In this document: piece by piece, positions 8,863-18,488 of the stretch
Layout: every line of letters starts with the position of its first letter
How positions within the stretch are numbered: the first letter of the stretch is position 1
From: a virus
Direction: 5' to 3' (one strand)
IMG/VR virus record: IMGVR_UViG_3300033048_000096
Length of the DNA: 64,000 nt
Notes under the pieces: generated by a model
Seen by the model: only the letters and a program-made list of their open reading frames with translations
What the model was told of the DNA's origin: nothing
The model's database searches: none
Made by a program: the position numbers and the translations under genes

Positions 8863-9412
8863 TTTCAGAAACCTTTTCTTGTGTAAATATTTCAAATAAT
8901 GATCTTGATTCCTGACGCAACTCATCTAAATTTAACTTTTTAGCCCAAGAATTAATTATCTTTACACCCTCTGACTCAAGTGTGTAGTTTACCGCCTCAA
9001 CCTCTATGACACTACGACCGTCTGACAAGGTGTAGTATGATACGTCACAGTCCTCGAAGTTCCATATCCAAGCTTCCTTAAACACAGAGAATTGCTTTAT
9101 ATATCCGCTTAAGCTTAAAAACTCAACTATGGATGAGTCATCATTGTTAGTTAAATTAAGATTTATTTCTTTTCTAACTACATTCCCCGCCCTCTTAACC
9201 TTAAGTGTAAGCTCTGTATTTCCTCCGCCCTTTCTATAACGAAGAAATGATCCATCCTTCTCTCCTGTGAAATAATCATCACAAGAGCATACATAAATAG
9301 GCTCTATCGTTTTTCCAATTAGACTTTCGACTCTAGAATGAAATGTCTTTTTCGATAACCTTCCGGCCCAATATTTATACTCTATTTCGATATTCTGTTC
9401 AATTTTATCCAT
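8840..9412 (-). CDS. CYTH (triphosphate tunnel metalloenzyme) domain protein
   Basis: ExExK motif EIEYK, LRYR, LTLK, RKEIN, IEVE. Confidence 0.8.
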   Translation of the reverse strand: MDKIEQNIEIEYKYWAGRLSKKTFHSRVESLIGKTIEPIYVCSCDDYFTGEKDGSFLRYRKGGGNTELTLKVKRAGNVVRKEINLNLTNNDDSSIVEFLSLSGYIKQFSVFKEAWIWNFEDCDVSYYTLSDGRSVIEVEAVNYTLESEGVKIINSWAKKLNLDELRQESRSLFEIFTQEKVSENVSNDFL

Positions 9413-9488
9413 TTATTTTCCTATGTGCTTAATAATTTTCATTTGCGAAATTCACTCAGATTCCTTCACACCCTCCAAAAAGGCAGTC

Positions 9489-11723
9489 TTATTTGTCTAT
9501 ATATTTGCATTTTGGGTAATTAAGACAGGAAACGAATACACCGAAACGCCCCTTTCGCTCCGCCAAATCTCCATCTTTACATTGCGGACATTTTTTGCCA
9601 GTTTTCTTAGGTTGGGCCTTTTTAGACTTAGGCTTGCTAGCAACAATATTCCCGTTAGCATCTAGGTTTAGAACTGTTTTGCATTTTGGGTAGCGATCAC
9701 AGCCCAAAAATGGACCGTACCGCCCCTTCCTTTTTATCATTTTCCCATCTTTGCAGTTAGGGCATTTATGTTTAGTAACTTCAGGCTTGGCTTTTTCAAT
9801 TATGTTTCCCGAAGAGTCCAGGTTCCCGGTCCACTTACACGTCGGGTAGGAACTACATCCCAGCCACTTACCCCATTTCCCATCACGCTCGGTTAGTTTA
9901 TTTCCGCAATCAGGGCAAGGATGACCGGTTTCAACTGTTGACTCCCTCGCGTTACCATCCTCATCAATGGACACTGCGTATCCGCATTTTGGCCAACTCT
10001 CACAGCCCATGAATACGCCCTTGGAGCTTATCTTTCTTATTAGCTTATGCTTTGACTTGCAATCTGGGCAATCGATATCTGTTTTGAATAAATCCTTTCG
10101 CTTATCTCTAGCGGCTATATCAATTGACTTAACTAATCCGTTATAAAATTTATCTAACACAAAATTCATTTTAGCTTTGCCATTTGATATATCATCAAGC
10201 TCTAGCTCCATATTTGCTGTAAAATTAGGACTAGTTAGATCAGCGAAATGGCGCTCAAGATACTCGCAAGCCATTATGCCGATATCAGTAGCCTTAAGAG
10301 CCTTCTTGCTTCTGACCGCATATTTTCTTTTTAACAAAGTCTCTATCGTGGCAGCGAATGTCGCCGGCCTACCAATTCCTTCTTTCTCCATTTTTTCGGT
10401 AAATGCAGGCTCAGTATATCTAGCTGGCGGCTTGGTAAAATGTTGTGAGGGAATCACCTTCTTTAAGGGAACGGTCTGACCAACCTTCATGGCAGGTAAG
10501 CTAACATTTTTAGTCGATGAACCATAAACCTTAAGGAATCCATCAAATTGCATGACGGAACCCGAGGCTCTAAATTCATAAGTTTTCTTACCCGCGTACT
10601 CAAGCTTTATAGATGCTTGATCAAACAAGGCGGAAGACATCTGCGATGCCATGAATCTATCCTTAATAAGATCTAGCAATCGAGTTTGATCAGGAGTTAG
10701 CGTCATAGGTGTAGGCTCATACGTAGGTCTTATGGCTTCATGAGCATCCTGCGAAGCAGCTTTGGGACCATACTTATTTATGGTTGGAGATAAATACTTT
10801 TTTCCATGTTGTTTCTCGATCATATCTCTTAATTCAATTATTTTACCGGGCTCCGTCCTCGTGGAATCTGTTCTGTGGTATGACGTTAATCCCATGGAAA
10901 ATATACTTTGCGCATTATCCATGACCCTTTTCGATGTCCATCCGAATCTCGTTCCGGCGTCCTTTTGCAATGTGGATGTTTTGTAAGGAGGCTGCGGAGC
11001 ACGCTTACGACTCTTCTTCTTGAATTCGGATACGACCAAGTCGCCGCTAATATCATTGACTATATCATTAGCTTGCTTTTTAGTTTTCGGAATATACTTC
11101 TTACCATTGCACCCGTAAAAGTCTGCATTAAATTTAAGCTTAGTATCCGCGTTAATAGTCCAGTACTCTTCCTTCACAAAGGCCCTTATGGCCTTTTCTC
11201 TATCTACTATGAACTTTAGCGCGGATGATTGCACTCGGCCCGCAGAGGTGCCCTTCAGGCCTTTAGACCACATCAGTGGGCTAACTTTGAACCCGACGAT
11301 CCTATCAGTCATTCTTCTGACTTTTTGGGCATCAAATGCTTTATCGTCAAATGGAACCGGAGACTTAATTCCCGCAATAACATCCTTCTTTGTTATCGTC
11401 TTAAATATAGACCTATATATTTTTTTGCCTTTTTTCGGAAGAACACTCTTTATGTTAAAAGCGATACAATGCCCCTCATTGTCTGCATCGGTAGCTATAT
11501 AAATCTCTTTGTGATTCTTTGACGCAGTTTTTATATTGGCGACGACACCTTTCTTGTCAGAATTTATCTTATAAGTGGGTTGCCAGGTAGATAGATCGAT
11601 CCCCATATCCTTTTTTTCGAGATCCATTATATGCCCTACCGAAGCAATCACTTCATATCCTGACCCTAAGATCTTCCTTATTTTACTGCACTTATTGGGA
11701 CTCTCAACAATTACTAATGCCAT
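9489..11723 (-). CDS. topA: DNA topoisomerase I (type IA) with C-terminal zinc ribbons
   Basis: TOPRIM VIVESPNK, IATDADNEG, SAGRVQS, active-site YHRTDS, AHEAIRPT, GIGRPAT, four C4 ribbons. Confidence 0.95.
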   Translation of the reverse strand: MALVIVESPNKCSKIRKILGSGYEVIASVGHIMDLEKKDMGIDLSTWQPTYKINSDKKGVVANIKTASKNHKEIYIATDADNEGHCIAFNIKSVLPKKGKKIYRSIFKTITKKDVIAGIKSPVPFDDKAFDAQKVRRMTDRIVGFKVSPLMWSKGLKGTSAGRVQSSALKFIVDREKAIRAFVKEEYWTINADTKLKFNADFYGCNGKKYIPKTKKQANDIVNDISGDLVVSEFKKKSRKRAPQPPYKTSTLQKDAGTRFGWTSKRVMDNAQSIFSMGLTSYHRTDSTRTEPGKIIELRDMIEKQHGKKYLSPTINKYGPKAASQDAHEAIRPTYEPTPMTLTPDQTRLLDLIKDRFMASQMSSALFDQASIKLEYAGKKTYEFRASGSVMQFDGFLKVYGSSTKNVSLPAMKVGQTVPLKKVIPSQHFTKPPARYTEPAFTEKMEKEGIGRPATFAATIETLLKRKYAVRSKKALKATDIGIMACEYLERHFADLTSPNFTANMELELDDISNGKAKMNFVLDKFYNGLVKSIDIAARDKRKDLFKTDIDCPDCKSKHKLIRKISSKGVFMGCESWPKCGYAVSIDEDGNARESTVETGHPCPDCGNKLTERDGKWGKWLGCSSYPTCKWTGNLDSSGNIIEKAKPEVTKHKCPNCKDGKMIKRKGRYGPFLGCDRYPKCKTVLNLDANGNIVASKPKSKKAQPKKTGKKCPQCKDGDLAERKGRFGVFVSCLNYPKCKYIDK

Positions 11724-11726
11724 AAG

Positions 11727-12566
11727 CTATTCGTCTCCTATGTTTTTTATTATTTTCTTCATTCGGTCAATCCATTCGTCTAAGTTTTTATTTGACTTCA
11801 TCTGATTGCACGGAAAACAGCATGCCTTTATGTTACTCAATTCATAACCTAAGTTGTTATCAACCCTATCTAATCCTATAGATAGAATTTTATCTCCACA
11901 GTAATGACATGGCTTCCCCCAGAAAGTTATGAACTCATCGATGGTTATTGAAAAACTCAAGTTTCTTTGGTCCGCGCCCTTCTTATATTCCTTATATCTA
12001 AATTCAGGAATATTTCTCATTAATGCTTGTCTGGCATTATTCTTTTTTCTTCTGGATTTTCTATTCTTGGTATCATATTTTAGGGTCTTAACTCTCGTGC
12101 ATTCAAGGCAGTAAACTCCTAACCCGGTATAGGTAGATCTATCTACTGTATATTCCAAACCCTGCTTTAAGATTCCGCAACTAAAGCATATAGAATCCTT
12201 AGCCTTAGCTCTTATCTCCTCATTAGTTAAGCTTGAGTTAACCTCCTTATACCCTCTCTTGGTAACCTTGCTTGTTTTTGTTCTGCAGCTATTGCATTGG
12301 TAAGTTAAATTATCTCTCGAATACTTATCTATGCTAAAGCATTTAGACTCTTTAATTATGTCACAAACCGAACACTTCTTATTAAAGATTAATATTTGAT
12401 CCCGGCTTATCTCTAAACCTTTCTTATAGGCTCTTTTATTTCTTGCCGCTGAATTTTTGCATTCCAAGCAGCTATGAGTGAGCGAATCTTTTGAGCATTT
12501 ATCTTTTCCGAATTCAGAAATATTTTTATTAGCTTTGCAGCTTGCACATTTTTTCAACACACTCAA
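11727..12566 (-). CDS. Zinc-finger HNH-type (homing) endonuclease
   Basis: Three N-terminal CxxC...CxxC repeats; C-terminal CHYCG...GLDRVDNNLGYELSNIKACCFPCNQMK. Confidence 0.75.
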   Translation of the reverse strand: MSVLKKCASCKANKNISEFGKDKCSKDSLTHSCLECKNSAARNKRAYKKGLEISRDQILIFNKKCSVCDIIKESKCFSIDKYSRDNLTYQCNSCRTKTSKVTKRGYKEVNSSLTNEEIRAKAKDSICFSCGILKQGLEYTVDRSTYTGLGVYCLECTRVKTLKYDTKNRKSRRKKNNARQALMRNIPEFRYKEYKKGADQRNLSFSITIDEFITFWGKPCHYCGDKILSIGLDRVDNNLGYELSNIKACCFPCNQMKSNKNLDEWIDRMKKIIKNIGDE

Positions 12567-12572
12567 ATCCCC

Positions 12573-12609
12573 AAAAAAAATACCACGCAGAGCCTGAGCC
12601 CTGCATGGT
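12573..12609 (-). terminator. Intrinsic terminator overlapping a promoter start region
   Basis: ACCATGCAG...CTGCGTGGT stem then 8 T on the minus strand. Confidence 0.6.
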
Positions 12610-12612
12610 TAT

Positions 12613-12641
12613 ATTATACCAAGCGCTTAATAATTCGACAA
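12613..12641 (-). promoter_or_regulatory. Sigma70-like promoter for the HNH-topA operon
   Basis: TTGTCG-17 nt-TATAAT with extended -10 TG. Confidence 0.65.
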
Positions 12642-12655
12642 TTAAATCTATTCAG

Positions 12656-12901
12656 TTATTGTAAGCTGTCTTGCAAGGACATTAATACGTCCTCCAGCAA
12701 CATTCTCTCGTCTTCGGGTATCTCTATCTCTATCTCTTGGGGCTCTTGATCGTCAGCACGAACTAAAATCCTCTTAACGCTTGATACCCAGTTCGCTTCG
12801 TCATTAATGAATTCATCTATTATATCCGCTGATACAGAATCACCGAGCTTATCAAAATGGTCAGCAAGCTTAGCCATCTTTAACATTAATTTTTTATTCA
12901 T
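12656..12901 (-). CDS. Small acidic protein with the shared leader motif
   Basis: MAKLADHFDKLGDSVSADIIDEFI aligns without gaps to the motif in the 1.4-4.4 kb genes; GAGG RBS. Confidence 0.8.
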   Translation of the reverse strand: MNKKLMLKMAKLADHFDKLGDSVSADIIDEFINDEANWVSSVKRILVRADDQEPQEIEIEIPEDERMLLEDVLMSLQDSLQ

Positions 12902-12936
12902 AGCCTACCTCATCAATTAATTAGTTTAATAATAGT

Positions 12937-13443
12937 TTAGTCGGTGCTTCCGAATCCACCGTCACCACGTGTAGTTTCGTTTAACTCGGAAACAATCTCA
13001 AACTTAGAACTTAATCTCTTGCGAAGAATCATTTGAAATAATACAGGCTTATTTAATAATACCTGTGAAGCTACTGCGCTCATAGTCGAAGGTCTTGTTC
13101 CGAATATTCTAACAATCCCATTTGGAAACGAAACACCCCTCTTCTCTTGTCCTAGATCTGGATGAGTTATCCTGACAGGAATGATGATCTCTCCTCTGTA
13201 GTGCTCATCGATTATTCCCACGGAGTTGGCTAGCTCTAGCGGTAACTTAGATATACTGCTTCTAGGCACGATCTCATAGTAATGCCCTTCCGGAGGCTCT
13301 ATGGATATACCTGTTTTAAAGAATATAACATCCCCAACAATCTTGTCTACACTTATTACGGCTATATCATATCCGGAGTCACTCTCATGTGCTCTGGCTG
13401 GAATTACTGCTTTATCACTTAACAATTTCACTTTAGTTAACAA
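12937..13443 (-). CDS. dut: dUTPase (trimeric)
   Basis: SGYD, PRSS, GIIDEHYRGE, RGDGGFGST motifs. Confidence 0.95.
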   Translation of the reverse strand: MLTKVKLLSDKAVIPARAHESDSGYDIAVISVDKIVGDVIFFKTGISIEPPEGHYYEIVPRSSISKLPLELANSVGIIDEHYRGEIIIPVRITHPDLGQEKRGVSFPNGIVRIFGTRPSTMSAVASQVLLNKPVLFQMILRKRLSSKFEIVSELNETTRGDGGFGSTD

Positions 13444-13445
13444 CT

Positions 13446-13871
13446 TTATATCTCCTTAAGATCGGATGCCCAATTTATATATTTCTTCAAAGCTTTAACC
13501 ATTGACTTTTCCCACTTTATATCATCTATAGGTATGCTAAGCCGCTTAGCTAAGCTCCTACCACGTCTCCAAGCCTCTGCCTCCTCGATCACTACAAATA
13601 CTTTGCTAGCTACAATATGCTTTTTATATTTTCTTTTTAAATCAAAATCATAAGAGCTTCCATTATCAAATATCAAGACATGACCGCACTCATGAAGCAA
13701 ATATATTATTTGGTTCTCATAACTACAAGATGCATTTATCTCAATTATCTTAGAGATGTGACAAACGCAGTTATCACCGTTCTTTACTAAATCTAGATGA
13801 TAACCTTTGTCGGCTAACCACATCTCTAGCGAATTTAGGTGCTTATCATGGCCCATACGGCTTAGCTCCAT
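13446..13871 (-). CDS. Zincin-like HExxH metallopeptidase domain protein
   Basis: LLHECGH plus downstream EEAEAW. Confidence 0.6.
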   Translation of the reverse strand: MELSRMGHDKHLNSLEMWLADKGYHLDLVKNGDNCVCHISKIIEINASCSYENQIIYLLHECGHVLIFDNGSSYDFDLKRKYKKHIVASKVFVVIEEAEAWRRGRSLAKRLSIPIDDIKWEKSMVKALKKYINWASDLKEI

Positions 13872-13924
13872 GCCCTATATATATAGTACCGCTCGGGTTA
13901 TATAGAGTCTATTGTTTTTTATTT

Positions 13925-14728
13925 TTATTTATGAGTTAAGATTATCGGATTACTTATAGCCCTTTTTCCTAATTCATATCTGAAGTTTATTATTTCTTTA
14001 CTAGCATCAAGAGAGTCGCCGGGGTATTCATTCGGAGAAAAAATTCTAACTATAGATCTTGACTCTACCAACTGCAGTATATCTTTGTCGAAAACTTCAT
14101 CCTCTAATATTTCCAGCGTTCTTTTGAAAATATTAAAAACATCTATCTTGCTAAATTCTTTATTTTTAATTCTATCTATTGGGGTGCATAAAACGACGTC
14201 AAGATAATCGTAATCCATATCTTCCGGAATAGGCATTATATTTCTAAAGCCACCATCACACCCAACGTGAGGACTTCCGTCTATAGGTATGATTGGTGGA
14301 ACCATTATACCAGCCATACAAGATGAAGCCTGTACCGCATCCCACAACTCTAAATTAGTTTCCATATCTTTACTTGGCATGTTTCTATACTCACCATCGG
14401 TAAATGAAACGACTCCCGCATGAAACGGAATTTTCATTTTATCAAGCTTTAAATATCTCTCAATCTTTTTTCTCATAGGATTCATAGAGTATAACCCATT
14501 GAATGGCCAATACCACTTGAGTGATAAGAATCCGCTAACGTCATTTATATTGTCCCACAATTCTCTTAAATTAACGAGATCATCCTGAGCAAACATAGCA
14601 CCATTTATTGCACCAACAGATACTCCGTATACAGCGTCATATTTATGCGTAAGCTTTAAATGTTCTATTATAGGCACCTGAATCGCACCTCTGAAAGCGC
14701 CACCACTTAGTATTAAAGCTCTTGACAT
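13925..14728 (-). CDS. Patatin-like phospholipase
   Basis: LSGGAFRG, GVSVG nucleophile, DGG. Confidence 0.9.
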   Translation of the reverse strand: MSRALILSGGAFRGAIQVPIIEHLKLTHKYDAVYGVSVGAINGAMFAQDDLVNLRELWDNINDVSGFLSLKWYWPFNGLYSMNPMRKKIERYLKLDKMKIPFHAGVVSFTDGEYRNMPSKDMETNLELWDAVQASSCMAGIMVPPIIPIDGSPHVGCDGGFRNIMPIPEDMDYDYLDVVLCTPIDRIKNKEFSKIDVFNIFKRTLEILEDEVFDKDILQLVESRSIVRIFSPNEYPGDSLDASKEIINFRYELGKRAISNPIILTHK

Positions 14729-14740
14729 AAATATTCTCCT

Positions 14741-15025
14741 TTATCTTCTTTGCTTTGTAAATGAACCTACCAACCCTTCGTTAGCCCTTATAGCATGCCC
14801 CTGAAGCCCCTCGTCTAAATCTGTTGAGGGTATCCACTCGACAATAAGAGCCGTTGTGCTGCCAGTTATAAATATAACTTCTTTAAATTCAATAACCATG
14901 GCTGATGAACTTACTGAGGAAGCAGTTTCTGGCAAATATTCTACGACAATAGACGTAGAACTACCTACACTACCCTCTTCTGCATATTCAACTATTTTTA
15001 CTGATGTACCAGTTCTGTTAGCCAT
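14741..15025 (-). CDS. Hypothetical protein, probably virion-associated
   Basis: Repeats KIVEY / IVVEY / MVIEF / LIVEW separated by Ser/Thr-rich spacers; in the structural operon. Confidence 0.55.
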   Translation of the reverse strand: MANRTGTSVKIVEYAEEGSVGSSTSIVVEYLPETASSVSSSAMVIEFKEVIFITGSTTALIVEWIPSTDLDEGLQGHAIRANEGLVGSFTKQRR

Positions 15026-15030
15026 TTAAG

Positions 15031-16305
15031 TTATGCCACGAATTTCTGACCATATTCAAAGGTCGCAGAGGCTAAGGCTGATCTAACCCAACTCTGGTCC
15101 GACGTTGATACTATCGAGGGATCAGTTGGTATAGGAATAACATATATAGAGTTTCCTGAACCTAGCGAGTTTCTGTCTCCATCGTAGTCTACGCCACCCA
15201 TTCGTAGAGTGGGCTGAACGCCATCGATCCCTGTTAGAGATGACTGGGCGTATAAGCCTAGTCCGACGAAAACTATTTCATTAACAGCGGCTGGTAAGTC
15301 AGCACTCAGATTACCCTTGTAGGTATCTTTTTCATTAGCAACTAATGCATCAACATATGTGGTCGGGACCGCAACTGTAGCTCTATCATCCACTTGTAAG
15401 TAGTTATCAACACTATCACCATCAGATCCGGTTAACTGGCTGTATGTACCATTTGCATTGGGAAAATGAGCAGTAATATAACCATTTCCTATTGCAGTGC
15501 TATGAGGAGCTAAACCATTTTTATAAGCTGCGTTTGGAGCGTTAACTAAAGCGTCAAATGTTCCGGTTGAAGTTACTTGGTTGTTATCACCCCAATCATT
15601 GCCAAGATTAATATCCCATCCTTGTATCGTTAATGTTCCTGACGTGGCCGTGCCATTAACCACGGAAATGACTGCGGTGGCGGAACTCGTAGCGTCAGTA
15701 ATGGTTTCTCCAGCAATAGGCAGCCCACCCACTCCTCCGTCATAATCCAAGGTTAAACTATTTACAGCTATATCATCCCAATACGCACTTGCTGCGCCAG
15801 TAGTTGCAAATTTAGACAAAAATCCCGTGCCCTCCAAAGTGTCGCCAGTAAATGATATTATCTCAACTGCATCCATGCTTACTCTTATCCATCCAGAAGC
15901 ATTATCCTGAAATATCTCCACCTCAATTAAATGATCTGTTGCTTGCTTCGGACCCTCAGTTGATGTAGCTATTAGAGTGCTATTTCCTCTGTAAAGATTA
16001 AATGCACCCAGATTAGCTGATGCAAGCCTAAACTCAATGACATTAGATGGATCCATTAGTTTAACTTCCCAATCAGAGCCTGAAGTAGCCATATAAAGTC
16101 CGACCTTAAAATGAAGATGCCTGAAGGTCCCGAAAGAAGGAGATTGCGAGGTGGCAGAAAATCCACCAGTAGGACTTCTCAATGAATAGCTGCCTCCATT
16201 GCCTCTGAATTTTCTAGGATTAGTTGATACCACAGTAAATGTTCCAGTCCATCCTGATTCTGAAAAGCTGCAAATTTCAAATGGGTCCGTATATACTCTA
16301 GCCAT
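15031..16305 (-). CDS. Putative virion structural protein (beta-rich; lectin or fibre-like)
   Basis: 424 aa, Gly/Thr/Ser/Asp-rich beta composition; co-transcribed with fibre-like genes. Confidence 0.55.
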   Translation of the reverse strand: MARVYTDPFEICSFSESGWTGTFTVVSTNPRKFRGNGGSYSLRSPTGGFSATSQSPSFGTFRHLHFKVGLYMATSGSDWEVKLMDPSNVIEFRLASANLGAFNLYRGNSTLIATSTEGPKQATDHLIEVEIFQDNASGWIRVSMDAVEIISFTGDTLEGTGFLSKFATTGAASAYWDDIAVNSLTLDYDGGVGGLPIAGETITDATSSATAVISVVNGTATSGTLTIQGWDINLGNDWGDNNQVTSTGTFDALVNAPNAAYKNGLAPHSTAIGNGYITAHFPNANGTYSQLTGSDGDSVDNYLQVDDRATVAVPTTYVDALVANEKDTYKGNLSADLPAAVNEIVFVGLGLYAQSSLTGIDGVQPTLRMGGVDYDGDRNSLGSGNSIYVIPIPTDPSIVSTSDQSWVRSALASATFEYGQKFVA

Positions 16306-16598
16306 TAAAATATCTCCATAGACGAAGGGGCTCTACCCTTCATTGTCGTAAATAAAATTGTAATCTCTTCTATTGTTTTGATTGTCCATCCACTAGGAAG
16401 CTGAATCTGGTTGTTAAACCCGACTATACAAAGACCGTTAATCTCGTCATAGGCGGAAATAATCATTCTCTCTCCAGGATTGTATGGTTCAACTGGACTT
16501 CCAGCTCCAGGGCACGTAATTGCATAGACCCACTTCGTAGGGTCTACGTCTGTAAAATCATCTTCAAGGCTAAAAATAGGCGCTAAATACCAAATCAT
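16305..16598 (-). CDS. Hypothetical protein
   Basis: GGAGG RBS; ATGA-coupled to 16595..18022. Confidence 0.6.
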   Translation of the reverse strand: MIWYLAPIFSLEDDFTDVDPTKWVYAITCPGAGSPVEPYNPGERMIISAYDEINGLCIVGFNNQIQLPSGWTIKTIEEITILFTTMKGRAPSSMEIF

Positions 16599-18022
16599 AC
16601 TTTCCTCCACACTCTTACATAAGCTGTTGCTGTAGTTCCAATATCAGCTTTTATAGATACTTTAGAATTAGGGCCAACCACTGGCAAAGCGATTGTCGGC
16701 AAATTGAATGGTGCGGTTAATGAACTTATATCATATTCTGCTTCATATATAGAAAGAGTAGCAATTCCAGAAGCAATTCCTTCGGAACCCTGAGGTCCTA
16801 GGTTAGAGCCATCTTCTAGCCACTCTATCTTTAAAGTTATTTTAGTCGCAGTACCTTTGTTTATAATTCTAGCATACCAAACTGCGTCTCTATAATCTCT
16901 GGTGTCAGTAGTTCCTGCCTCTGCGAAATAAGTATCTGCAGCTGATAGTGTTGTTGGTGTTCCCGAACTGCCTATAACATCAGTTCCTGCGGCATCACTT
17001 CTCATAATTGGAGTTCCTCCTATAAATTCTAATGATGTAGTTCCAATAATTAAAGTTCCAGTTGTCACTAAAACGAATCTAGTTCTACTATATATAGTTC
17101 CTTCTTTAATATAAATATCTAACCCTGCCTCAACATGGTCCTTAATTGCATCATTCATATCTCCGGATCTTGACCAAGCTCCAGCGGCAGCTTCATATAT
17201 TCCGTTTTCCGATCCTGTAGTTTGTTGCCATACCAAGATCCTATTTCCGGCCACAGGAGTTACCCCGTCAATATCTGTAAGCCCTGTTAATGCGTGATCA
17301 GCCGTGGTAGCTAATGTGCAAGGCCGTTTTGTTGGGCTATAATGAAGTAAGCTATAATCCGTAGAAGTATCATCAGTAAAGTATGGAGAGGAGGGCACCT
17401 CATTTAATACCCATATACCTCCTTGCCCTGCAGATACAGTTGGTGCGGATGCTGTCTCCAACATTCCCAAACTAGACACTCCTGTCATGTTTCCCGTATC
17501 ATCCATAATTACGGTGGAGGCTTGCAACGTAGAGCCGCCCGTGCCATCAGCTCGTATAACCGCATTATCAGTTCCGCCAGTTGATCCACCTACTCCACCT
17601 CCAGCTAAATCTGCTGGAACTGATGATACCAGCAATGATGTGGCGGACAGAGCCACTCCGGCTAAATATGCATTTGTGGCAGGTTTTGTCGTTGATATTG
17701 TATTTCCCGTGGTGCCAGTTGTGGTAAGCCAGTAAGATACTCCTCTCGTTAATCCTGACAGGCCGGTTGCTATGCCTCCCGAGTGGCATACTATGCAGTT
17801 TGTTGCATCTGTGATTTGAGTCACCACTCCTATTGAAGGCAACGTTCCTGCATCATCTGCGTCAGATATAGCCACCTTATCATCTACGGCAGATACCTGA
17901 TAGACCATATCCCCTACTGCAACTATTCCGGAATCATTTGTGTAAGCATGAAGATTATCTTCTACAGTTCTTTTTGTAGTTAAGCCATTTTCAATTCTTA
18001 GTACTTCGTCTTCTCCGGCCAT
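16595..18022 (-). CDS. Putative virion fibre/decoration protein
   Basis: N-terminal decoration-like domain; tail-fibre-like segment LTGLTDIDGVTPVAGNRILVWQQTTGSENGIY; GGAG RBS. Confidence 0.65.
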   Translation of the reverse strand: MAGEDEVLRIENGLTTKRTVEDNLHAYTNDSGIVAVGDMVYQVSAVDDKVAISDADDAGTLPSIGVVTQITDATNCIVCHSGGIATGLSGLTRGVSYWLTTTGTTGNTISTTKPATNAYLAGVALSATSLLVSSVPADLAGGGVGGSTGGTDNAVIRADGTGGSTLQASTVIMDDTGNMTGVSSLGMLETASAPTVSAGQGGIWVLNEVPSSPYFTDDTSTDYSLLHYSPTKRPCTLATTADHALTGLTDIDGVTPVAGNRILVWQQTTGSENGIYEAAAGAWSRSGDMNDAIKDHVEAGLDIYIKEGTIYSRTRFVLVTTGTLIIGTTSLEFIGGTPIMRSDAAGTDVIGSSGTPTTLSAADTYFAEAGTTDTRDYRDAVWYARIINKGTATKITLKIEWLEDGSNLGPQGSEGIASGIATLSIYEAEYDISSLTAPFNLPTIALPVVGPNSKVSIKADIGTTATAYVRVWRKV

Positions 18023-18083
18023 CATTACTCCATATTGAAAATCCAACTCATTTTCATCTTATTTTATAATATTAGTATTAAGA

Positions 18084-18398
18084 TTATAAAGTTTTACTTC
18101 CGAATTCCAAAAGATCATGCTCGTCTCTGTCTTTCAGGAATTTTATAAAATACTGAATTTTATTAGACTCTTCGGTTAAGTCATCTATGATAATTTGGTC
18201 CTCGGCTCTTCTGACTTCGATTTCAGCCTCTATCTCTTTGGCATAGTTCCAGACTTTGAGTTCGATCATTTTCTCTTTTATACGCTTATTCATTAGATTC
18301 TTGTAGGCATTATATTCGGCCAGCATAAGAGATTGGTGAGCCTCTATTTCGCTTAGCTTACTTTCAAGAATTTTAATATCTTTAACTCTAACTGACAT
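18084..18398 (-). CDS. Hypothetical coiled-coil protein
   Basis: GGAGG RBS; charged helical sequence. Confidence 0.65.
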   Translation of the reverse strand: MSVRVKDIKILESKLSEIEAHQSLMLAEYNAYKNLMNKRIKEKMIELKVWNYAKEIEAEIEVRRAEDQIIIDDLTEESNKIQYFIKFLKDRDEHDLLEFGSKTL

Positions 18399-18410
18399 TT
18401 AATAACCTCC

Positions 18411-18458
18411 AAAAAAAAACTCATATCAACCTTTTAATAAATAATTAGCTGATATGAG
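18411..18458 (-). terminator. Intrinsic terminator after 18489..20105
   Basis: CTCATATCA...TGATATGAG inverted repeat (21-nt loop) followed by 9 T on the minus strand. Confidence 0.55.
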
Positions 18459-18488
18459 AGTTAAGAATAGCTTAAGCTATATTAACCA

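Noticed and set aside
13925-14728. Patatin as a CBASS CapV effector paired with the DAC
   Set aside because: No CD-NTase nearby, and the two genes are 13 kb apart in different operons.
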